Positions 24,197-36,100 of a stretch of DNA of 64,000 nt are shown one piece after another. This DNA comes from Bugula neritina (taxonomy: Eukaryota; Animalia; Bryozoa), in NCBI GenBank assembly GCA_964035545.1, contig OZ037769.1, positions 14,786,633-14,850,632 on the forward strand, in the 5' to 3' direction. The first letter of the stretch is position 1. Every line of letters begins with the position of its first letter. The position numbers and the translations under genes are program-made. Under the pieces are notes generated by a model. The model saw nothing but the letters and a program-made list of their open reading frames with translations. It did no database searches and had not been told where the DNA came from.

Positions 24197-27100
24197 ATGT
24201 ATATGGACGATGACTATGACGGGGAGGAGTGGTACTCAGATGAAGAGGAATTGGCTGCGGAACGTGAGCTAGCTGAAGACGCTCAGTGGAAGCTCATTCA
24301 GAAGAATACCTTCACGAGATGGTGCAATGAGCATCTGAAGCCAGCTCAAAAGGTAGAACATTATGTAATAGATTCTTAAAGGTCACACTAGTACGTACTT
24401 AATATTGTACTATAATCTATATACAATATATTGCTGCAGATGTTTGAGAAATACAAGAGGGGGTATAAAAGTGTTTATGCTTTCTTAAACGCGCCGTTCA
24501 ATGATTGAACCATGCAACAGTGTGTTAGAGGTTATACCACAAAGCGCACTGGAAGTTACCTTGAATGACATGCAATAGTGAATGATTTAACTAGTATACA
24601 TTGCTTTGTGTGTTATATCATAGTTTTCCAGACATGTTTAGTTGCAGCCTGCCAGGTTTCCGATCTAATACTTCCCTACTTTAGGTCTTTCTGTAAAAGT
24701 AGCTACCCCATAATTGATTTAAGTCATAACAATAATTAATCGGCTTTAGACGTGTACCTAGAAATATGGTAAGGACAACTCCATAGCTGAAAAGATACTA
24801 TTTTCGAGTTTGCACCTATTTTCATAAAAATAAAAGCACGTGTGTTTAGTAATATAGCAAAGGACCTAATGTTAATTCTTTCACTCGTATAGTATACACG
24901 ATGTTTTTTTGTTCACTTTTTGCGAGTATTTAAGGCCAAAGGCTAGAACAAATTGCCATGAGATTAGCTAATAACGAACAGCCAAGAAGAAGTGAAAGCT
25001 ATGAGATAGTTAAAATAATTATTGATTTCCTGAATTGCAATTGTGAATTATGTAATGTAAACGTGAAAAGAACGTTTAATTTATTGCTCTGAAAACTGTG
25101 TCATTTTTTTTCCTACTCATCAGCCATTATTGCAACTTGTTTAGCTTTAAGTTAAAGTCAACTCTTTCAGTTTCAGTCATTGACTTAAACTTAAAGTTAA
25201 TAACTATCTCAGTCTGAATCTGAAAGTTAAAGTGGATCACTCAATCTACTCCTTACATTGAAATTTGAACTTGAATCTTAGAACTTCACCGTTATCCTGA
25301 TTTTTATAGCTAGTAATTTTACTTTCACAGTAATCGAAAGCTCCGACTTATTTTAACTAATAATTTTTTAGTAGTAATCATAATGATGATCATAAGTGAT
25401 AATAATAATGGTAATGATTAAATCATTTATAATATTTTTGATTAAGCTTGCATACTATATCTAATAGTAATACTAGCACTAAGAAAAAGTCAGATATCAA
25501 TAATAATCTAATGATAACCATAGTCATAATGATAACCATAATCATAATGTAAAACTGAATGCCATGTTTGAGGTTAAATAAAATTTTGGAGTTTCAGAAA
25601 GAATTTTAAATATTACCTGTAAATTTTTTAAGACTAAAACCAGCACTCAGAGTTATAAATGTTTTTTATCTATGTTTTAATTTTTGTTTCAAATTTAAAG
25701 TCACAAAACTTGAAAATAATTTTGTAGTTTGTATGTTTCAATTGCACTTCTTGGAGTGCAGGTTTAGCTTACTTTAATGTAATCTTAGACTGGGACTGTA
25801 AACTATACAGTTACTGTGAATCAAAAAATTAGTACCAAAATTGATATAATTCATAAATTTCTATCATTTTAACAATTAATTGCTTCATCTTGTAGTTTTG
25901 GTGTGATATTTCACTCTTTGCGTTGTATGTATTTTTATAAACAACTTTTTGACGTTTTATTGTGAGTAAATTGTATGAGTACTGTGTAAATTATGTATCA
26001 TGTTCATTCTAGCTCAATTACCAATAGTAGGTTAGCAAACACTTGTCATGATCCAAGCTATGATGTACAGTGTATGATATACTATGATGAGTGCCGCAGC
26101 ATGGCATATTCAATTATAATGGGATACACAGCTACACACCTGCATCAGATTAATAAGTAGAGCATTAGTTGTAATTTTACTTGATTTCAGACTGTGTCTA
26201 ACATTGAGTTTGATCTTTCTGACGGGTTGAATCTCATATCATTGGTCGAGATTTTGGCTGGTAAGAAATTTCGTCATATCAACAGACGACCCAATTTTCG
26301 ATCTCAGAAACTAGAGAATGTTACAAATGTGCTGAAGTTCTTGGAAGAAGAAGAAGGAATTAGAATTGTCAACATTGGTGAGCTTTTATTGTTAAGAAAA
26401 TTGTGAACTCCCAAACAGTCCAAGTAATATGATTTGAGTTTTGAGTCAAAGAAAAAAATTGATAGCATAAGCAAAGTAGGTTGGTTAAAACTATTCTATT
26501 TTGTATCAACTAGTTTACAAGAGTCTTTGAACATCTATTAAAGCTACGCTGATTGAAAGTTGGTTCTTGGTGCACAGAGCCCAAGCCACCAATACGTCAT
26601 CTACTCGCCCTCTCGAATTTACCCATGGAAACTTCGTTCCGCTATTTTCTATACTGACAAGTATCTTTGATATGTTGCAGACAGTACTGATATTATCGAC
26701 AGTAAAATCAAACTGATTCTGGGTTTGATATGGACTCTTATCCTGCACTACTCTATCTCCATGCCTCTCTGGGAGGGAGAGGAAGACTATGGCCCTCCCG
26801 GGGCAAGGGAAGGACCGACGCCGAAGCAGCGTTTACTCATCTGGGTGCAGAATAAAGTTCCAGAGCTGCCTATTCGTAACTTCACCACAGATTGGAATGA
26901 TGGTAAAGCTATCGGAGCTTTGGTTGATGCTGTTGGCCCAGGTAATGTAGATTACTTAACCTCTAGTTGGTGAAGGTTTAGTAATGATTTTGATAGAAAT
27001 CATTGGAGGTTGATAAGTTGAATTTCTGAAGAAATAGTTCTAATTATTCCGACTGTTTAAAAGTTTCATAGAACAAGTAATACAATGGTGGTTAAAGTTG

Positions 27101-30100
27101 GATAGTTTTTTCTGATAATTAATGAGTGTCGGGACTTGTTGGTAGGCCTTTGTCCTGACTGGCAAGACTGGGATCCTAACCAAGCTAAGAGGAATGCTAC
27201 TGAGGCTATGGATCTGGCAGAGAAGTACCTGGATGTGCCACAGGTTTGCCGTTTGTTGAGGTTGTATTCTGCAGCAGATGTAGTCTGTAGCAGACGTTTA
27301 TATAGCAGACATATGTGTAGCAGACGTATATATAGCAGACATATATATAGCAGACATATATATAGCAGACGTATATATAGCAGACGTATGTATAGCAGAC
27401 ATATATATATAGCAGACGTATATATAGCAGACATATATATATAGCAGACGTATATATAGCAGACATATATATAGCAGACGCATATATATCAGACGTATAT
27501 ATAGCAGACGTAGTCTGCAGCAGTTATAATATTTACTTTATGATTATACTAAGTGTAATTTATGTAATTGGTTGCCAATGTTTCTGCTGAGAGACTGTTA
27601 ATGTTGTTAACGGAATCTGATGTAGAAGTTTTCCAATAATCATCTTGTCATAGTGATATTCAAAACTTATTCTGTTAACCTTTTAACTTGACTCTCTTTA
27701 TGTCCATTGAGATGGGAGATTGTCACATGTGCATCGCTCTACCATATACTCTACCATACTCTACCGTACTCTAGCCTACTCTACCATACTCTACTCTACC
27801 CTACTCTACTCTACTCTACTCTACTCTACTCTACTCTACTCTACTCTACCCTACTCTACTCTACCCCACTGTACTCTACTCAAATCTACTCTACCATACT
27901 CTACCCTACTCTACCCTACTCTACAGTACTCTACCGTATACTCTACCCTACTCTACTCTACCATCCTCTACGATATACTCAGAGAAAGAAACTGAAGTTA
28001 TAAATTTTTCCAGTTGTTCAATGTGTTGTATCTTCCTCTGTTAGCTGATAAAACCAGAAGAGATGGTAAACCCGAAGGTGGACGAGCAGTCTATGATGAC
28101 GTACCTCTCACAGTTCCCCAATGCTAAACTCACTCCTCAAGCACCGAGCAAACCCAAGACAAACGCTGCCAGAGTCAGAGCTTATGGTCCTGGTCAGTAT
28201 TTCTTTTATTTTATCTTCTGAAGATGTGTTTTTTTAATTTTTTTGTTTCAGCTTTTGATATCTCTTTACTTGATGTAATACAGTATTGTGAGGGCAAAGG
28301 TTATAGACCTATTGACGGAGTAGCTATATTTAACCTGTAAAAATAATTTTGTCAAACAATTCAATATCTTCAACTGTAGCATTTTTGTAGGTGTTTTTCA
28401 TTAACCTTTTTTATTCTGAGGGCGTCACACCTAACATTTCATATTTAGTTTTTTATTATTAACATAAAATTGGAGATTTTTATTTCAATAGAGTTACATA
28501 GCTGGATTGTGTTTATGATGAGTTTCAAGTGAAATGATTATATAACATTTCTTGCTCAGGGCTTGAGCCGCAGGGTAACTGTATCGGTCGTCCTGCCAAC
28601 TTTAAGATTGAGACTTTCGCTGCCGGGAAGGGCGAGCCACTGGTTCTGGTGAAGAACCCTCGTGGTCAGCCCGAACGTGTAAGTGACGCCTGCAGACGTC
28701 AGCTAGCAGCGACTGTCGACAGCGGCTGTCGTTGTGTGTGTGTTTTGTAGAACTGTGCTGTTAACTGAGTCATGGGAATGCAGCTGTTGCATCATGTCTA
28801 CAAAGTATTCCGGAATGTCTCTGGTCTACTAATCTTTATGGTTGTTATACTAATAGATTAAGCATGTGTTATGTTTTCACAATATCCCCAACATTCATAC
28901 TGTATTAAGACATGGGTGGCTAAAGTAAAATCAGTTCCAGTTATTTCCTTTTTAACTTTTTTGCAGGGTCAAGCTGTATAGGTTGTTTATTTAAAGACAA
29001 ATAATTTTTTAAAAAAAGGAAAGAGTATCTATAAAAATTTACGTATATGTTTCTTGACACAGTGTCATGAGTACATTGTTTTAAATGTGGTTTAATTTTA
29101 TACAATTTTTCGGAAGACTTTGGGTTTGTGGCTACTTTACAAAATTCTTCTTTTGTATCTGTTAGCTTGTGAACCTTGTGTTACTCGTTGTGTTATACTC
29201 TCTCTGCATGACAATGTGTCTGTTTACTAGGATTGATGGCTAACGGTGTGATTGTGGATACGTTTGCCTATTTTTATATTGAAACCTTTGAGGCTGGCAT
29301 TGGGCCAATAGCTGTGGGAGTTTATAGCCCCAGTGGTCAACCCGAGCAGGTAATATTGTTACTATTCTGCTAGAAGCATGTTAACTAATATTTACACTAG
29401 ATCTACAGTAAATTGATGTTTAAGGTTTATGCTAGTATCTATAATTTTATGGCATGCAGTCCTTTACCTCTTTGCATGTGTTGAACTATCTTGTGAGATT
29501 CATGTTAACCGTGAAAGCTCGGATACACTTACTGAAAATGAAATGGAAATAATTGAAATATTACCAAAAAACTTCCAACTGACTGTAAAGCAGAAGCCTT
29601 GGAATCATTAGAGAAGGTTTATTTCTGTCAGAAAAAAGTGTTTTGGTTTTCCAAGTTTAAATACTGCAGTAAATCTTGTCACAAGTTTGATTGGGCAACT
29701 GCAATTCTAGTAAATATGAACATTTGCTAATGTTTTCTTCCGCATTAACCTACCAAGTATGTTCCAACACTTTAGGATTCAAATATTACATTATATGGAT
29801 TTTCATTTTGACAGGAGAATACAATTCTAAATATTCAAGCTTTCTGCTTTATTGGTGCTTTGTAAAAAAATAGTACCAATTTAAATGTTCACTCAATACT
29901 TTAGTAAACTTTAGGCGTTTTATTTATTCTTAGTTTGTACGTTTGCAATGTAACACTCATATGTAGCATTTGGACATAGTGCTGTATTTATACACATGTC
30001 TGTATGTTTTTCAGTGCGACGTGGTGTTTAATAATGACAGAAATCTAACCTACGCTTGTCAGTATGTACCTACCATGGAAGGCGAATATACAGTAAGTGT

Positions 30101-33100
30101 ACAGTTGTATATATAGTAAGTATAGCTACGCACGTTGTATGTAAGGTAATGATAGGTACGTAAGTTGTATGTATATTAGTGGTTCCTCTCACTTAACATG
30201 ACATTTTGATATGATTACATGCTGCTAATAGTAATTTATATTTCCTTTTTCCAAATGTGGTATTCCTACTTTAATCAGTCAGAGCAGATAAATCCCAATC
30301 TAATGATGAGCTAAATTCACAGCAGAGTACAGAAACTGTTTTTAGCTCAAAATAATGTTTTGTTCAAATTCAGATCTCACATATCCAATACAAATAGTTA
30401 CTATTAAACTAGCAAGAACTCAGTAATATGAAGACTGAACTGAAATGTCTGAACAGCATAGTCTTTCTGTAAAACAATAACTCACATGACAATATACTAA
30501 ACTTCGGAAATAAATTTCGAAAGGAGTTATCTGTGCATAAAAACTGACCAACATAATCTTATTGTGTTTGTTAAAGGTGATGATACAGTTTGCTGGTCAA
30601 GAAATTCCGAAATCTCCATATAAGGTAATGGTGGAGGGGGCACCAGGCGACCCGTCAAAGGTCACTGCAGCTGGTCCAGGGCTACAGCCACACGGGCTAC
30701 AGGCTGGAAAGAAAACTTACTTTGAAGTTTATACTGAAGGTGAAGGTCGTTTAGTAGTTTACTGTTTCGAACTGAAAAGCTGTTTTCACTACTTCAATAT
30801 TTTAACAAGCCTTACTTCTCTGATACATTGACTTTCCACCTGGCTTCTGCTTCTGCGAATCTTTCGCCTTTTAAGATATGAGGCTAAAGCAAGCAATTAT
30901 ATATGTTGTAATAGTATTCCTTTGAAATGCGTCTTGTAGTTCCAATATTTTGTGAAAAAACCTGTACCTCAGCGATTAGGTTTAAGAGTTATCTATTCTA
31001 TTTTGGTCTGTGTGTTATATGATATATGATAAAGTTTATATAGAATGTACCAATATAAATTTAACCATATCCTAATTTTTAAAACAACAGACCTTCCACG
31101 AGATTGTATTCAGTCTGAAATTGTTCCAGAATTTTCTTCAATTGAATATTTTCTCTTTCATTGTATTTGTTCATTTAACATCTTCTGATGCCTTGAGTTT
31201 AGTGTAAAGAAACATGGTGCTGTTTTTATTTGTCTGCAAATTTTATGAGTAGTAGTCTTACTATATGTTACCCTTGTAAAATTTACACTGTCACCACTAT
31301 AGAATGCGATATGTTACACTCTTTCCTTATAATGAAATACTAACAACCTGTAAAATTACTGTGTTAATATTTATGTGTTAGCATGTGCTCCTAAGCACTA
31401 GTTTGAGCATGGTACGAGCAGGTGAAGGTATTGTTATTCACCCCCCCGGACTGTATATGTATGTCACACTGTAGGAGCTGGAACTGGCAATGTGGAGATA
31501 ATCATCATAGACCCTCACGGTCAGAAAGACACAACTAAGCCCCGTATAGCCCGGTCTACAGAGACCACATACTATGTGGAGTATTTACCTCGGGACGTGG
31601 GCAAGTACACCGTCCACATCTTCTTTGCTGGACAAGAGATCCCAGCTAGTCCTTATCCAGTCAACGTCGGAGCTCGTAAGTTCTTGCGTGTTTTTTTGTC
31701 TGTCTCTCTGTATGCCTGTCTGTTTGTATGTATGTCTTATAATTTTGCTTTCTTTGGTAAAGCTGTTGTTTGAAGCTGTTTATTTTCTACCATCAGCTCT
31801 TTGGTAACGTATAATGTTAGGGTATTATTTGGTTTAAAGTTTAAGTTGAAAGAGAAGTTGATAAAACTCAATTTAGTTATAAATACAGTTTGTCAATAGT
31901 TGAAATATTGGTCAATGAGTAGCAAAGTTTGAAAAGGCAATAACTGAAGGAAACCTGTAAGATTCTGTAGAAAGTTCTAGTTTATTGCTGTGTTCATTTC
32001 ATCGTAAACTGTTATTAGTATGAGTGGTACACAAGAGGCTGGCTGGTTATAAAATTTTGGATTTTGCTGTCAGTGTCATAGCTGTTGTGTTTAGTACTTG
32101 AGTACTCATTACTGTATAGATCAGCTGACTTGTGACATCATGTGACATCTAATGCAATAACTTGTAGCTGTGGAACCTAAGAAGTGCTATGCTACGGGAC
32201 GAGGTATCCAACCCCGTGGTGTGAGAGTTGGTGACTTGGCGGACATCAAAGTACACACTGAAGGTGCTGGAGAGGGGGAGGTTACTGGCACCCTTGTTGG
32301 ACCTGGTAAGAGTTGTATAGGCTTTCAGGCTAACCTTATTGTATATTCACTTGACATAATAAATCGTAATTTATGTCTGTGATTATAAATGTTTTTTTCT
32401 CCATTTTTGCCACACAAACTGCATTTGGGTTTAAGTTCCATATATTAGTGAGTTTTTGTTGAAATGGTGCAATTTGGTGCTCATAGATTATTGTGCATCT
32501 TCTGGTAAGAAAATCTGTTCAGGGTTGTGTCCTCTATGCTAGCTTCCTTTATATTGCCATGGTGAGTCCACTTTGGTAATTTCTTGCAGCCCCGTGTCAA
32601 TGGAGTCTATAACTAAACATAAACACTGTTTGGCAGCTTTAAAAAAAACTATACCATAGTTTATGATGGTTTTGGAGATAAATAATGCTATTTGCTAACA
32701 ATACGCAACATACCCACTGTTTTATTTGGGTAAACAGCTATATTATGTTTTGGGTAATGTTTTAATATTTTTGGTAGTTATTAAAGTAGGTGATGCAAAA
32801 TACTTGGGTTTCCGGATTGGCAAAATTTTGACTTTTGCTCAATCGTTTATAAACCAACTGGTGGACAGCTTTTTTCATATTCATATTTCTTAGTGTAGTT
32901 ATACTCTCAAGTATAATTTATTGAAATAAAGTTAACCCCAAGTGAGAGTCTAATTATATTATTGTTTTAGAAGTGAACGAGGATCCTGGTAAGTCTAATG
33001 CTGTTTGTGACCATCTTTTGAACTGTAAATTTCTCTCTGGTATACAATGTGGTGTTTCCCTTATTTGGAGTTGTGCACACTTTCTCTTCACAACACTCAA

Positions 33101-36100
33101 CTGTGAATTTTCACTTATATGAAAGTTATTTAGATTGCAATCATCATAATTTAAAAAATCAGTTGCGGGAGAAAACCACTGCTGTACAGCATTTAATATT
33201 GGTTTGTGGTGCAACCCTTTGCCTAATAATGACGTAGAACTTGCTAACAAATAGTTTATCAATTTGATAATAGCAAATTTCAAAACAATTTGGTGAAAAA
33301 AGTCACTTTGATACAATATTTAGTATTGATTTGTGGTGCAACCCTGTTGCTAATGATGTAGTTGCTATCCAATTGAACATATTTAGAGAAACATAGGAGA
33401 AACACAGGGTGAAACATAAATTATCGAGGCAGGAGTTTTCCAAATACTTCTTTTACAGAATTTGCATTCAATCCATCTTTTGTGTTTTAAAACTTCACAT
33501 TTTCTGACTAAAATTTAATCATTCTGCGAGCCTGTTATGCAAGCTGCTGATTGGACCGCTAGTAGATTAGTTGCTATTGAAACAAATCAACTGCTGTTGC
33601 TAAGTAAAGCACTAAACTAATGCATTGTGGGAACTGTAGGTCGAGAAGAGCCATTGAGCTTCAAGCCAGTAGATGCCAACACATATGAGACAGCCTATGT
33701 ACCCAAACAGCCTGGGATCTACACTATCAATCTCAAGTATGGCACGGGACATATTCAGAAGAGCCCATTCAAGGTAAGCTATATCACTAGTCTGCCAACG
33801 CTAAATATGGAAATGTTTTTCAACTAAAGCAAATGGTGTGGAGTTTTGTTGAATCGTTATTCATTTCAACTGGCGTTGTCTGAGTTTAACAAATAGTTAT
33901 TCTGAGATAGTTTTGCCTGACAAAATCTGGCGGCCATTTTTCACAGGCTGACAGGAAGATAGGATCTGAGTTTATGGCTCACAACACATTAGAAATTGTG
34001 GATATTATCTGTGATTTGTGTGTTTATCAGCGCTGAGTGAACTGTTGAGTGTTTCTTGTAGGTAAATATTGGTCCCCACAAGGAGAGTAACATCAGAGCC
34101 TATGGTCCTGGGCTAGAAGGTGGTATAGCCAATAAACCAGCTGATTTTGTTGTGGAGACTAACGGCGAAGTCGGAGCTCTGGGTTTCGCCATTGAAGGTT
34201 TGTTCATTGTTCTGCTGATGGCTCATTTATCAAGAAATCTTAAATAATTTGGCTTAATTAGCCCGAGTGAATATAAGTAATATTAATAACTACACAGGAG
34301 AACTAAGATATTCAACATTTGCGTGCGATGTGTGTTCCAGGGCCATCCCAGGCTAAGATAGACTGTGTAGACCAAGGAGATGGTTCTGCAGACGTTAGTT
34401 ACTTGCCTACAATAGCAGGAGAATACGCCGTGCATGTTCTCTGTGACAATGAAGATATACCAAAGTCTCCCTTCATGGCACAGATTGGTCCAGCTACCCG
34501 GGAATTCAACCCAGCTCAGGTGAGTTCTAACTCAGCTCAGGTAAGTTCTAACTCAGCTTAGGTGAGTTCTAACCTAGCTTAGGTGAGTTCTAACCCAGCT
34601 CTGGTGTCTGTGTTGGTGCACTATAAGGTTACTACACATTGTTTTACTCTCTGAAGCTGCTATTTACAGTAACCGCAACAATCAAACATACCAACTATGT
34701 TTTCTAAATGTTCTAGTGACTTCCAATACCATCTGCTATCAATGGGTAATGTAAATATTTTGTTAAAATTTGATTTTGCCTCAACAGTGAATAGCAAGAT
34801 TTGAAAAAATAAGAATTTTCCAGCTTTCAATGAATTCATCGACTTCCACAATCTATTTTATATTTGATATTACAGTCCGTATCACTGTGACTTTGATCTC
34901 TGTGTTGATTAAATCACACTCTTGTTGACTAAGCAACTTTACCTCCCACTCTGTGCCAACTGGCACTTCCCGTGAGTCATGTTTCTAGTCACACGTCTGC
35001 GAATGACTCATCCTGTATACTTCAGGTTATAGCCTTTGGACCTGGCTTAGAGAAACACGGAGTGGTGCAAAACAAATGGGCCCAGTTTACAGTTGACACT
35101 CGTGCTGCTGGCCGGGCCCCTCTCAAGGTCTACTGTGAAGATGCCGAAGGTAGAGCTCTATATAATGTTGTACTGCAAAAAAGTCATAGTTTTATAATCG
35201 AGTGATGATTGCATTTGAAACAAAAATAAAGTAATATTTTTTTTTGGAATTATGACTTGTAGGTCAGCAGGTTAACATCCAGGTCAAGGACAACCGAGAT
35301 GGTACATTCAGTTGCCAGTATCTGCCTAAGAAGCCGATAAAGCACACTATTATCATATCGTATGGCGGGGTGAACATCCCCAAGAGTCCCTACAGGGTAC
35401 ATTGCTCTATATTCTATTCTCATATCTATAGTTCATTTCTATAGCATCCTGTCTATTTATTACTTAATGCCGTAGTTCCTTAGTTTGTTTATATAAACCT
35501 CATCTATAGCTCCATGGTCTATTATTAGAGCTCCTATGTATTACTTTGCCAACTTATTGCTATAGCTTCTATCTGTTGCTTACTATTCTATGTTTATGGG
35601 TTCTAAACTGTGCCATATAAACTCATATATATTCTTTTTGCTGCATGTATTATTGGACTATAAGTTTAAGTATTTGTGATTTATTGATGCAACGTACTGT
35701 ACCGAGTACAACAAAATATATTTTACAATGTATCAAAAACAAGATTTCAAGAAATAGCATGAAAGTATCACATACTTTTTTCATGATGTTTTCACACTTT
35801 TACTTTCTTACAACACAGAGCTCATTCTTCTGTTGTTATACAGATCTCTATGCTTTAGGCTCAGTAGATCTCAACCTTATTAATTATTTAAAACGTGATG
35901 AACAACCAATGACCTTCAATAAAACAACCACCTTGTTTCTCACCTGAGACCCGGTGTTTACACAGGTATATGTTCAAGAGCCCAGCAGGCCAGAGAACGT
36001 CAAGGTATACGGACCCGGAGTCGACGGCCCCGTCAAAACCTTCCAACCCACCCACTTCTTTGTGGACTGCTCTGAGGCCGGGCCAGGAGACGTGGCCATC

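Noticed and set aside
27066-28003. Repetitive ORFs (YSRHI, STLLY, SAIYT)
   Set aside because: Translations of intronic mini- and microsatellites.
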